Positions 27,600-37,093 of a DNA stretch of 64,000 bases are shown here, piece after piece. The notes beneath the pieces were generated by a model that did no database searches, had not been told where the DNA came from, and worked only from the letters and a program-made list of their open reading frames with translations. Both the position numbers and the translations under genes were made by a program. The stretch lies in IMG/VR virus record IMGVR_UViG_3300029911_000024, positions 2,820 to 66,819 of that record, one strand, 5' to 3'. This DNA comes from a virus. Position 1 is the first letter of the stretch; every line of letters starts with the position of its first letter.

Positions 27600-28877
27600 T
27601 TAAACCGTGGTGCCGAACTCGCGCAGCGTGAAGCTGGTCTTAGCCGGGGCCAGACCGGGCGTCAGATGCAGATGCAGCCAGACTGCCTGGGCACCAGCGG
27701 CGTTTGGAGCCGCGCCAGAAGGCAAATTCTGCGGCGACGGGACATTGATGGTCTGCGGAGCCGCCCCGTTGCTGATGTACTGGTTGACAGCCGCCCCGTT
27801 GGAATGGGTCGCGGCGGTCGAACCGCACTGACCACGTGCGACGGTCCACGAGTTGGTGCCCGCGCCAGCAGTGACAAACAGGATTTCGCTGTCGATCTGG
27901 ATGAAAAAGCCGCCATTCACGATGGTCGACGGAAACTGGCTGTTGCCCGTCATCGTCAGGGTTGTCGCGGTCGTGGTGGTGATCGCCGCGCCCAGCGTGT
28001 TCGCGCCCAGGCTTTGCAGTCCGCTCGTCGGGCCCGTCTGGCGGGCCGCCGTGGTGCCGGTGTCGTTGAGCGCCGATGTCAGTGCCAGATCGAGGATGCC
28101 GGACGCCGGATCAACCTGCTTGCTGATCTGCACAGCGGTCAGCGCGGTCGCGGTGTTGTTGTTGACCGCGAAAATCTTCTCGAAATAGTCCTTGTTCACG
28201 CCGCCAGCGATGTCGGCCGAGGCATTGTAGAACGGACGACGCACCTGGGTGACTTGGTTGGGCGCGAGATTGAACAGCATGCCCTCATAGATCGAATAGG
28301 TCGAAGCGGACGAGGGCACGGTGCCCCAGTCGGAATCCACCGCCACGACATCGGTGCCATAGCCGGAGACCGCGATGATCTCCTTAAGCTGAAACTGCAC
28401 GCCAGACGGGAGATTGTTCTCGATGCGCACAATGTTGCCGATGTTGGCCGTCGCGCCATCGCCAGACTGCAAGGTGATCGTGGCCGGGGTGATGCCGGAC
28501 GAGTTCGCTGCTGCCTGGGCAGTGTGACCGCTGATGACAGCGGTATGGCTGATCGAGGCGATGACGCCGACAGCAGTGGTGCCGCCAGCAACAGCCTTCA
28601 GCAGGCGCTCGAAAGACTGCGACCCGGCCACCTTGGTGGTGCCGTTGAGGGTCTTGGTCTCGGTCTGGATTGCGCCAGTGCCGTCGCGGCCGGTCTGGGC
28701 GATTGTGGTCGCCGTGTCGCTGGCGCTGGACGAGACGTAGTCCATCGTGCCGGTGGGCGAGACATCGGTGAAGGTGATCTTGTTGGAGAAGTTGACAGCG
28801 CCGCCTTGAGTCGTGCCGTCGGCATCGGACATATTTGCCGAACCGTAGAAGCGAATATCGCCGGGCTTAACGCTCAT
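27600..28877 (-). CDS. Virion structural protein
   Basis: T/A/G-rich beta protein, IQIDSEIL...VARG..G.TAATH module. Confidence 0.7.
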   Translation of the reverse strand: MSVKPGDIRFYGSANMSDADGTTQGGAVNFSNKITFTDVSPTGTMDYVSSSASDTATTIAQTGRDGTGAIQTETKTLNGTTKVAGSQSFERLLKAVAGGTTAVGVIASISHTAVISGHTAQAAANSSGITPATITLQSGDGATANIGNIVRIENNLPSGVQFQLKEIIAVSGYGTDVVAVDSDWGTVPSSASTYSIYEGMLFNLAPNQVTQVRRPFYNASADIAGGVNKDYFEKIFAVNNNTATALTAVQISKQVDPASGILDLALTSALNDTGTTAARQTGPTSGLQSLGANTLGAAITTTTATTLTMTGNSQFPSTIVNGGFFIQIDSEILFVTAGAGTNSWTVARGQCGSTAATHSNGAAVNQYISNGAAPQTINVPSPQNLPSGAAPNAAGAQAVWLHLHLTPGLAPAKTSFTLREFGTTV

Positions 28878-28977
28878 GTCTTTTGTCCCCTAGAATCGTG
28901 CCCGCAGAGAAGGCATGTAAGCAGAGATAGGCAACATCGTCACCGTGGACAGTATGTCCTAAATCGTCATGTAAGCC

Positions 28978-29340
28978 TCAATAGATCAGCGGCCAAAACC
29001 CTGCCGAGGGGTGATCCCAAGGCCATGGGTTTGGCGGAAGATGGGAATCCTCGTGAATGATCTGGCAGCCTAACTCGCGGGGGTCGCCGTCATCGCTCAG
29101 AACATGATACCAGCCGAGCGCGTCGCGGCCCGTGCAGGAACCGATCGTTCCGCGCTCGTTCGTCCTGACGCCAAGCCCGCGACAGTAGCCGTCGATAAAC
29201 TGACTGTGCATCCAGACGGCGCGTGCGGCGACCTTGTGTCCCTGATATTGCGGCGGCGGCATCGTGATGGTTCCGCAGCCCTGATCCGCGACGCACCCAC
29301 CGAGCGCCAACGCAGCAGCGAGGGCGAGAAAGCGGGTCAT
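28978..29340 (-). CDS. Lipoprotein with HExxH motif
   Basis: Lipobox LGGC; IIHEDSH; four further Cys. Confidence 0.6.
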   Translation of the reverse strand: MTRFLALAAALALGGCVADQGCGTITMPPPQYQGHKVAARAVWMHSQFIDGYCRGLGVRTNERGTIGSCTGRDALGWYHVLSDDGDPRELGCQIIHEDSHLPPNPWPWDHPSAGFWPLIY

Positions 29341-30611
29341 GGATAGACAGCCGCTGAATTGAATTGTCCCTTAGTTGGGCCGAAAGCTACGCGCTGCATA
29401 TAGCCGTTCAAAGCGCGATCCGCGGCAGCACGATTAGCAAGATAAATAGAACCAGACGGGGTCCCCCATGAAGTCGCGTCCGTAACAAGCGTGCCACCGT
29501 TGGCGACAACAGAGGTGCCACTACTGTCCATTCCGAATGCAGATTTCACCGAATTGATAGTGGATGTGCTATTACCTGCCGTCCCAATGGCGGTGTTCGT
29601 ACTGCCATTGGGAGAGATACTCACATTGGTAGTTGAACTCGCCCCGTAGAAAATGATTTGGTTTCCATTAATGTCGATGAGGCGTCTGGTGGTGGCGCTC
29701 ACGGCATTTCCAAAAGAGTTGGTCTGGAAATAAGCCGCCTTCGCAGCTAGCGTCGCCGAAGCTGCCGCCCCAACCAACGTCACATTATCCGCATTCCGCG
29801 TCACAGCAACTGTCGTGGTGGGGATGGGAGAGGTGGGGAAGGCGAGGTTTTCAACTTGCGGTGCCCAAACAAGGACGCCGCTCACGTTGTCGCCTGTATA
29901 GCTCCCCCACGTTGAATTTATGGTCCCGGCAAGTTGAACACCATAATTCGCAGACGAGGCCGGAACAAACTGTGCAGTACACCGATACCAGCCATTGCCA
30001 ATAAGGGTCACAGTGCCATTTGTAAGCACGCTTGTTTGTGTGACAACGGCGTTTTGCAGATCAAAAACAATCTGACCTACCGTGTTCACAACTATAACGA
30101 CATAGCGCTGTCCAGACTGTTTGAAATAAGCGCTAATCGTGTAGGTCTGGGAAGCAGTAAGTGGAATGCTTGTCGCATTCACGGAGTGAAACGTGGTGGT
30201 GTTGTTCGCAACAACAGATGCGGCATCTGTTGTCAGGTCTGGGGAAACCGCCGCGTTTGGCGTGACTGTAGCGGCAGAGGCAGTCCATGCTGCATTTCCA
30301 AGCGCCGAACTTTGAATAATCAAATTCGTACTCGCCTGCTCTACGTCAACGCCAAGACCGGAGCCGAGGCGCAGCGTGTTCGCGCTGCACGGGACGAGGA
30401 GCCCACTGGCATTCTGGACGTAGCTGGGGACGGTCTGCGCGCGCGTGACGCTGTGGATCGAGTTTATGTTGACCGGCTGCAAATTGCCGCCCTGCGCGAC
30501 TGCGGCGAGACCGAGCGTGTAGTCGATGTAGAGGGACGAGGTCCAGAATTGGCTCGGTATCCAAGACGGAGCACCGCTTAAAAGTGCTCGCCGCGCGCCA
30601 TAAAGTGCCAT
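29337..30611 (-). CDS. Head spike/fibre protein with CBM-like and LamG-like domains
   Basis: EQASTNL, GNGWYRC, PTSPIPTT..AVTRNAD motifs. Confidence 0.75.
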   Translation of the reverse strand: MALYGARRALLSGAPSWIPSQFWTSSLYIDYTLGLAAVAQGGNLQPVNINSIHSVTRAQTVPSYVQNASGLLVPCSANTLRLGSGLGVDVEQASTNLIIQSSALGNAAWTASAATVTPNAAVSPDLTTDAASVVANNTTTFHSVNATSIPLTASQTYTISAYFKQSGQRYVVIVVNTVGQIVFDLQNAVVTQTSVLTNGTVTLIGNGWYRCTAQFVPASSANYGVQLAGTINSTWGSYTGDNVSGVLVWAPQVENLAFPTSPIPTTTVAVTRNADNVTLVGAAASATLAAKAAYFQTNSFGNAVSATTRRLIDINGNQIIFYGASSTTNVSISPNGSTNTAIGTAGNSTSTINSVKSAFGMDSSGTSVVANGGTLVTDATSWGTPSGSIYLANRAAADRALNGYMQRVAFGPTKGQFNSAAVYP

Positions 30612-30616
30612 GGCGG

Positions 30617-31222
30617 TTAATCCTGCAATGGGATCAGGTCAACGCCAAGGATGTCAGAAGTGGCGGTGAAAGTCGGCGTCCCGGTGGTCACGAGAATGCC
30701 ATAGAGCGTCGTGTTGCCAGCGCCAAGGGCAATCGCTTTGCCCAATCCGTCGAGATTGTAAATGGTGTGAGTGCCAAGAGCGCTCACTGCTGATGTGAAC
30801 GACAGCTTTCCGATCAATGCCGGGATGTCAGCAGAATTTATGGCTGGTGCGGTCTTGTCCGCAAATGACGAATGGCTCGGGTTGGCATTGAACAGATACA
30901 GATCAAATTCTGATGTCTGCACCGACTTCATGCGCAGCACAGCGCTTTGCACGATGCCAGACCCAAGCGAGCCAAAGATGTTGGAGAAAGTGAGAACCTG
31001 TCCCACTTCATTGCCAACGGTGTAGGCGGCGCTTGCTGTAACAACAGGAACAGCCGTCACTGTGACGGTGTTCCCGTTCGCGTTGCTACTGGTCGGTGAC
31101 GTTTTCGGTATGATGGGACTGGCGGCCGTGCCATTCCCTGTCGATGCTAGGATGCGCGCGGCATCGCCGTCGCTGGTCTCATAAACGCAGTCGCGGGAAA
31201 GGGCGGACGGGTTGTTGACCAC
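30617..31222 (-). CDS. Virion structural protein
   Basis: Beta-rich, within the late operon. Confidence 0.6.
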   Translation of the reverse strand: MVNNPSALSRDCVYETSDGDAARILASTGNGTAASPIIPKTSPTSSNANGNTVTVTAVPVVTASAAYTVGNEVGQVLTFSNIFGSLGSGIVQSAVLRMKSVQTSEFDLYLFNANPSHSSFADKTAPAINSADIPALIGKLSFTSAVSALGTHTIYNLDGLGKAIALGAGNTTLYGILVTTGTPTFTATSDILGVDLIPLQD

Positions 31223-31233
31223 TTAAGCCCCTC

Positions 31234-32529
31234 TTACGAGAAGGTGATGCCGACCGAGGCGAGCACGATCCACTTGCCGTTGTAGGCCATCAGGGTGAGG
31301 CCCGCGCCAGCATTGGCCGCGAAGGTTGCCAAGTTGACGGCCGCAGTGCCGCACTGGAACAGGCCGGTCGCGGTGAGGGTGTGGGCAAACGCCGTGCTCG
31401 ACGTCAACTCGATCTCGATTCCGTCGTCAGTGCCAGCCGTCGGGGCCGCCAGGGTCATAGCGGCGACGCCAGCCTTGGTGATGACGTAAGTGTGGCCGAC
31501 GTGCGGCGGAATCGCACCGCTGGCCGAAACCGCCTGCGGCGTTGTGCTCTGGAGCGAAGTAATCGGTACTTCCCAGTTGCCCGCGACATTGCAGACATAG
31601 ACCGCAGTGGTGTTGATGCCCTGCGAAATTCCGGTCGCGGCGGTGATGCCGTTGATGGTGTCACCGGCGGCATTGTTGCCGAAAACCTGCATCGGGTTGG
31701 CACCGCGATTGAGCACCATGATGTTCATGCCCGGCTGTGCAGCAGGGAGCGCGACGCTGTCGCCCTGGGTAGCGACAGTAGAGACGCGGTTGATGAGGCT
31801 GGTGAGCGCCACCGCCGAGGCCTGACCGCCACCGGCATGCGCGGTGATGGTTGGCGTGAAGGAAAGAGTCTGGAGCGCGCCATAGAAACCGGTCGCCAGA
31901 CCCTCGCTGTACCACGCGCCCGCCGTGTAGCAGGTATAGAGCACCACCGAATTGACCATCTGGGACACGCCGGTTGCGGTGGCGACGTCGTCGATGGTGT
32001 CGGTGCCAGCGCCGAAAACCTGCATGGCGTTCGCGCCATGGTTCATCACAAGGATCGTAAGGCCGGGAGCCGAGGCGGGCAGTTTCACGCTATCGCCAGC
32101 GGTGGCGACAGTCGAAACGCGATTCAGTTCCTTGGTCAGGGCCAACGCCGAGGCCTGCCCACCGCCAGCATGCGCGGTCAGAGAGTCGAGATACGACTCA
32201 TTGAGCAGCCCGGTGAGGGTGACATTGCCGAACGTGGGGTTCGTGCCAGCGGCTTCAAAGATAGTCCACACCACCGACGTCGTGGTGCCGGTCATGATGT
32301 AGAGATTGCTGTTGGTCGCGTCGATGTAGAGCGAGCCCGGCGTGATCCAGCCCGCGCCATCGCCGGTTCCAGCAACACCATTGGTCGGAGCGCCAAGTCC
32401 GGTGGTGATCCACACATCGCCTTCGGTGCCTGCGCCGCCGCCAGGATTGAGCAGGAAGCAGCGACCGACCGCAGCAGAGGTCTGCGTCAGGACATTGGGC
32501 TGCGGCTGCTTGATCGGGAGAACGGTCAT
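31234..32529 (-). CDS. Capsid decoration/head fibre protein with internal duplication
   Basis: Two ~110-aa repeats starting TAHAGGGQASA...NRVSTVAT.GDSV.LPA. Confidence 0.7.
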   Translation of the reverse strand: MTVLPIKQPQPNVLTQTSAAVGRCFLLNPGGGAGTEGDVWITTGLGAPTNGVAGTGDGAGWITPGSLYIDATNSNLYIMTGTTTSVVWTIFEAAGTNPTFGNVTLTGLLNESYLDSLTAHAGGGQASALALTKELNRVSTVATAGDSVKLPASAPGLTILVMNHGANAMQVFGAGTDTIDDVATATGVSQMVNSVVLYTCYTAGAWYSEGLATGFYGALQTLSFTPTITAHAGGGQASAVALTSLINRVSTVATQGDSVALPAAQPGMNIMVLNRGANPMQVFGNNAAGDTINGITAATGISQGINTTAVYVCNVAGNWEVPITSLQSTTPQAVSASGAIPPHVGHTYVITKAGVAAMTLAAPTAGTDDGIEIELTSSTAFAHTLTATGLFQCGTAAVNLATFAANAGAGLTLMAYNGKWIVLASVGITFS

Positions 32530-32541
32530 CGGCGGTGCCCC

Positions 32542-32850
32542 TTACTTCGAGCGCTTTGCGGTCTTGCCGCCCAGAGCGTCGATCTTCTTGTGAAGCGAGG
32601 AGACCTCGGCGGTCATGGTCTCGCGGAAGCGGTCGAAACCGGCGAGCATTTGCCCGATCAGTTCCTTGGTGGCGGCGTCCATGGTGGTGGCAGCACCGGA
32701 GGCAAAGCCCTCGATCTCCATGATGCCCTGCGAAACCAGGGCTTCCTTGGTCTGCTGCGTCACCAACGACAATTCTTCGTCGCTGATGATGTCGCCGGGC
32801 TTCCGGTCCTTGCCGAGAAACGGCCCCGCGATTTTCATCCTGCCAGCCAT
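32542..32850 (-). CDS. Small protein after the major capsid gene
   Basis: AGGTG RBS; typical position. Confidence 0.65.
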   Translation of the reverse strand: MAGRMKIAGPFLGKDRKPGDIISDEELSLVTQQTKEALVSQGIMEIEGFASGAATTMDAATKELIGQMLAGFDRFRETMTAEVSSLHKKIDALGGKTAKRSK

Positions 32851-32901
32851 AAGTCACCTTCGCTGGAAACCTAGCCGGTCCCCGTTGGCGACACCGCCCA
32901 G

Positions 32902-33879
32902 TTAGTGGGTGGCGTCCTTGAACAGATAGCCGAGATCGGAGCCGGAGATCACCATGGCGAAGGCAAATTCGCCTCGGATCACGTCCTGCTTTTTCTTCTC
33001 GTCGTAATACTGGTCGATGCGGACGCCCGCGTCGTTCATGCCGGTCAGCTTCGACCAGCAGAAGATCGTGGCGGCAGTCGGCGACATCAGCGTCGGCGCA
33101 CCTTCCTTGTAGGTCAGCAGCGCGTTGCTCGGCACCGCAAAGTTCTGCGTCTTGGAGGCCGCACCTTCGTTGGTGGACGAATAGGACGCCTTGGAGACGT
33201 GATATTCATCAAGCTCGAAGAACTTGGCGATGATCGCGGCGGTGATGGATTCCGCGGAAGTGTACTTGATGCGGTCCTTGATGATCGGGTGGCGCTTGAG
33301 CGCCTGATGCACCGAATAGCCCACGGTGAACACGTTGCCCTCAAAGCCGGTGGTTTTCACCATCAGGTTCTTGGCGTCGTCCATGTTCTTTTCCGGGTCC
33401 GACGCATAGTCGTCCCAGGAGGTGAAGTCGGTGCCACCACCGGCGGTGCCATTCTTGGTAGTCGCCCAGCCTGAGGTCGACAGCATGAAGTTGGTCGCGA
33501 ACAGGCGCTCGCGGCGGATCATCATGCGCTGGGTGACAAGCTGCGCGGCGGCCTTGTCCAGCGGCAGGCCAGGATCGGTGTTGGCCTGGGTCATCTGCGA
33601 CAGCGGCACGGCGGTCCACCAGGGGGTGGCGTTGTAGTTCTGCTTGGACAGCGTGAAACCGGACTGGGGGGCTTCCTCGTTTTCCGCGCGGACCTTCACC
33701 GCGTCGTCGCGCATCCAGTCGTCCTTGTTGAACACAAAGTAGAGATCGGACTTGTGCTCAACCGGGAAGGTCGGGATGGCGTTGCCGCCGATGAAGTTCT
33801 GGTTGTCCTGAATATAGGCCAACGAGAAATCGGTCAGCGCCGCATCGGCGTGGACGTCGGAACTGGTGGGCTGTGCCAT
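32902..33879 (-). CDS. Major capsid protein (lambda gpE-like)
   Basis: H.DAALTDFSLAY, WDDYASDP, ALKRHP.IKDRIKYT, DLGYLFKDA. Confidence 0.9.
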   Translation of the reverse strand: MAQPTSSDVHADAALTDFSLAYIQDNQNFIGGNAIPTFPVEHKSDLYFVFNKDDWMRDDAVKVRAENEEAPQSGFTLSKQNYNATPWWTAVPLSQMTQANTDPGLPLDKAAAQLVTQRMMIRRERLFATNFMLSTSGWATTKNGTAGGGTDFTSWDDYASDPEKNMDDAKNLMVKTTGFEGNVFTVGYSVHQALKRHPIIKDRIKYTSAESITAAIIAKFFELDEYHVSKASYSSTNEGAASKTQNFAVPSNALLTYKEGAPTLMSPTAATIFCWSKLTGMNDAGVRIDQYYDEKKKQDVIRGEFAFAMVISGSDLGYLFKDATH

Positions 33880-33940
33880 GGCGTTACTTCCCTTTCACTT
33901 TCAAAAAGGGGCCCCCAGCCCCGTAAACAGATCAGGCTGA

Positions 33941-34390
33941 TTAGGCCTGGAGATAGAACGGCGAGAACAGAAGCACGACGGTGACCTCGGTCACGCCAGC
34001 CGGAGCCTCGTCGATGATAACACCCGAGACCCAGTGCGTGGCGTCGCCGCCGCTGCTGGCCACGGCGCGCGCCACAGCGCGGGCATTGGCGTCAGGTCCG
34101 ACGATGTTGCCGATGGACATCGAGCCAGACGCCATCACCTTGGAAACGCCAAGATGGCGCACTTCGACGCCGACGTTGGTGTAACCGGTGGCCCACTTCG
34201 GGTTGGTCTGGATGACGCCGATGGGAAAATCGGTCAGAGCCGCGCACGGCTCGATGGTCACGGCTCCGGTGAGCTTGGCGAACAGGAACTGGCCCGTCGA
34301 CTGGTAACCGTTGGTCGTGCCGGTCGTGCCCGACAGGTCGACATCGGTGGTCAGACCCGGAATGTCAAAAAGCTGCTTTTCCCATGCCAT
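33941..34390 (-). CDS. Capsid cement/decoration protein (DUF2190-like)
   Basis: PIGVIQTNP, GVSKVMA, VGPDANARAV. Confidence 0.75.
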   Translation of the reverse strand: MAWEKQLFDIPGLTTDVDLSGTTGTTNGYQSTGQFLFAKLTGAVTIEPCAALTDFPIGVIQTNPKWATGYTNVGVEVRHLGVSKVMASGSMSIGNIVGPDANARAVARAVASSGGDATHWVSGVIIDEAPAGVTEVTVVLLFSPFYLQA

Positions 34391-34449
34391 GACGGCTACC
34401 CCCAAAATGACGCCGGTTTGATACCCGGCAGAAAATCCTCAACCGCTGA

Positions 34450-35943
34450 TTAGGCGGCCCTGCGAGCCTCGGCAGATTCACGTTCTTCCTGCTTGGCCAG
34501 TTCCGGGTTCTGGGTGCGAGCCAGAGTGCGGGCCTTGGCGGCGGTCAGCTTCGGATCGGCCTTCATCAGCACATCGGCTGCGGCATTGATGCCGTCGATG
34601 GCCTTGGAGAAGCTGTAACCGCCACCATTGCCGCCCAGTTCCTTGGTGATGACGTCGGACTTGGCCATCAGCGCGTTGGCGCTGACCAGGACCTTCTCGA
34701 TGGCATCGGCATCGGCCTTGGTCGACTTGCCCACGGCCACACGGTGCAGGATACCGGCGGTTTCTTCCGACTTGCCGATCACGAACTTGAGCGGCGCAAC
34801 GCGCTTCTCGATCACGCCGATTGCAGTGGCCGTCTCGGCCTTCTCGATGGCGGCCTGCTGGGACTTGATGACGGCGAAGGTCACGTCGCCGACAGCCTTG
34901 CGCAGCACCTTGGTCCCGTCGACCTTGATGCAGTTTTTCTGCGCGCCGTCGCTGTCGTCCTCATCTTCGTCCTCGTCATCCTCGGACTTCGCGGCCTTCT
35001 GGATGGGGTTCTTCTCCATGTGCTTGTCGCGCTCGTCGGCGGACATGTCCATGAAGCCTTCCTTGCCGCCTTCCGGCATCTTGGCCTTGTCGTTGTTCAT
35101 GAACGCAGCATGCTTGCCGGACATTTTCAGAACGGCATCGGCGCGCTTCAACAGCACAGCCTGCGCATCCAGCGCCTTCTGGATTTCGGCCTCGGTGGCC
35201 GTCTCGGGCAGACCCAGCGACTTGGCGATGGCTTTCAGCATGATTTCGTCCCCTTGTTCCGCGCGTGGCGCGAGCCCTGCGATGTGATCTTTGTACTCGG
35301 CGAAATTTTTCTGCAAGAGTGACGCCGCGTCCTCCCCGGACGCGCTGTCCAGCACTGCCCACGATGACGCCACAAGCGCAACATTGGCGGTCGCCATTTT
35401 GGCCAGAGTGTCCTTGCGCAGTTTCGCGTCAGAAATCTTGGCAATGTCGTCGCCGATTTGCTCGGCTTTTACGACGTTATCCAGCAATTCCGGCAACGTG
35501 CGCGGCGCGACGCGGGCGATCTCCATGACGAGGTCGCCGCCGATGCTTTTTCCGGCCTTCCAGTCGGCTGGCAGCAGCGAGGAAGCATCAAGTGCGCGAG
35601 CCCGCGCGATGATGTGAGATTTGGCCTTTGCCGGGTCTTTTGCGCGACCGTGTGCGCGAATCGCGTTTTCCAGATCGTCGCGGTTCTTGATCGGAAAGCT
35701 GCCATCCGGCATCGCCGCGCCAGACTTTGCGTCGGCATCGCGCTGATCCTGGGTGAACTCGCGCTTGAGATAGGCTTCGACGGCGGGCGGCAGATCGGCC
35801 GCGCCAGCAGCCTTGGCCAGATACAGGACCGGCGCATCAACGGCGCGCTTCATGATGACCGCCTTCGCGCCTTCCTGGCACGGCCGGTCGACGGCCGCGA
35901 TGGCTGAAAGGCTGAATTTGTCCATGATATTACGCTTCGCCAT
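34450..35943 (-). CDS. Scaffold protein with N-terminal protease-like strand and DUF6582-like domain
   Basis: SAIAAVDRPCQEGA; AMPDGSFPIKNRDDLENAIRA.GRAK; K/A/E-rich helical C-half. Confidence 0.75.
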   Translation of the reverse strand: MAKRNIMDKFSLSAIAAVDRPCQEGAKAVIMKRAVDAPVLYLAKAAGAADLPPAVEAYLKREFTQDQRDADAKSGAAMPDGSFPIKNRDDLENAIRAHGRAKDPAKAKSHIIARARALDASSLLPADWKAGKSIGGDLVMEIARVAPRTLPELLDNVVKAEQIGDDIAKISDAKLRKDTLAKMATANVALVASSWAVLDSASGEDAASLLQKNFAEYKDHIAGLAPRAEQGDEIMLKAIAKSLGLPETATEAEIQKALDAQAVLLKRADAVLKMSGKHAAFMNNDKAKMPEGGKEGFMDMSADERDKHMEKNPIQKAAKSEDDEDEDEDDSDGAQKNCIKVDGTKVLRKAVGDVTFAVIKSQQAAIEKAETATAIGVIEKRVAPLKFVIGKSEETAGILHRVAVGKSTKADADAIEKVLVSANALMAKSDVITKELGGNGGGYSFSKAIDGINAAADVLMKADPKLTAAKARTLARTQNPELAKQEERESAEARRAA

Positions 35944-36613
35944 CGTCAAACTCCTTGTCGATGATGCGCTCGCCTTCAATCGAGAAACCGGTGTATTCGC
36001 CAGAAGCGAACTTGGCCAGAACCTCCGGCGGCGGCTTATAGCCGACCAGCAGGCCGGTGTTCTTGGTGACGATGCCGAGCGCCTTGGCGATGTCGGTCGT
36101 CATCGGGAAAAGGAAAAGATACTGGCCGATCTCTGGCCCAGCGTGCATTTCGTTTCCTGGGCGCGCTGCCTTGGCGAAATCGCAGGCGGCGTCCAGCATC
36201 GAGTTTTCTGGGATATGGTCCGGCTTCGGCGCACCGGTCGCGGGGTCTCGGTTCAAATCGTAGTATTCGACCCCATCCTGCTTGCAGATGATGGCCCAGC
36301 CGAAAACAACGCCATGCTCGATCTTCTCGACCTTGGCAAAATGCCGATAGTCCTTTGTCACGACGTCACCCCCAACCTTGACCTTGGTTTCCTGCTGCCC
36401 GTCAGGCGCACCGGCTTTGTCGCCCTCGCCATCCACGCCGCGCGTAGCATCGGCGACGATCCGGCTAAAATCCTGATGGGCCGTGGCGTCACCGCCGCCC
36501 GTGGTATGCTCGTCTGCTGCACCGAAATCGACCGCCAGCGTGTCGGCCGCAACCGCGTCAGCACCGGCCAGTCTGGCCTTGGCGGCGGCAATGGCGTCCG
36601 AATATGCGGTCAT
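35930..36613 (-). CDS. XkdF-like prohead serine protease
   Basis: VVFGWA, DHIPE..MLDAA.DF, NEMH, GEYTGFSIEG. Confidence 0.8.
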   Translation of the reverse strand: MTAYSDAIAAAKARLAGADAVAADTLAVDFGAADEHTTGGGDATAHQDFSRIVADATRGVDGEGDKAGAPDGQQETKVKVGGDVVTKDYRHFAKVEKIEHGVVFGWAIICKQDGVEYYDLNRDPATGAPKPDHIPENSMLDAACDFAKAARPGNEMHAGPEIGQYLFLFPMTTDIAKALGIVTKNTGLLVGYKPPPEVLAKFASGEYTGFSIEGERIIDKEFDDGEA

Positions 36614-36668
36614 GCGCGACTCCCCAGCTTTTGCCCTTGTACGGCAAAGGCGGGTCGCGACTCAAGGA

Positions 36669-37091
36669 TCAGGCGTAGGAGAACTCGATCCGGGTGACGA
36701 TGCTGTCTGGCGTGATGCCTTTGTGGCCACGGCAGAAAAACGCCACGAACTCGGCTGGAGTCATCAGCGGAAAACCCTCGCGGATCACTTCGGTGCGCCC
36801 ATATTCCGGCTCGTCGATCATGCGGCGCAGCGGCTCGCGGCGCACGTCCAGCACGATGATGGTGCAGATTTTGACGATCTTGCCGCCCTTGCCGAGGCCC
36901 TGGCACTTCTCGCAGGCGGACAGTTTGTCGCCGACTTCCAGAAATTCCCAGCCATCGCGGCGAGTGACATCCTTTCTGAGGTATGCCGTTGGGACCGGAA
37001 TGGCAGCAGGTCTCGACAATCGCCAATTCGTCACGCAAGCGAGCGACGCCCTGACCTGCTCCATCGTCATCATGAACGACATATTCCGCAC
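36669..37091 (-). CDS. ASCH domain protein
   Basis: MSF..T..QV, KDVTRRDGW, VRREPL, EGFP.MTP.EFV.FF, RIEF.Y. Confidence 0.8.
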   Translation of the reverse strand: MRNMSFMMTMEQVRASLACVTNWRLSRPAAIPVPTAYLRKDVTRRDGWEFLEVGDKLSACEKCQGLGKGGKIVKICTIIVLDVRREPLRRMIDEPEYGRTEVIREGFPLMTPAEFVAFFCRGHKGITPDSIVTRIEFSYA

Positions 37092-37093
37092 GG

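Noticed and set aside
12172-36000. Long plus-strand ORFs (e.g. 27666-29060, 31381-32874, 24397-25368)
   Set aside because: Antisense shadows of high-GC structural genes; no RBS or recognisable motifs
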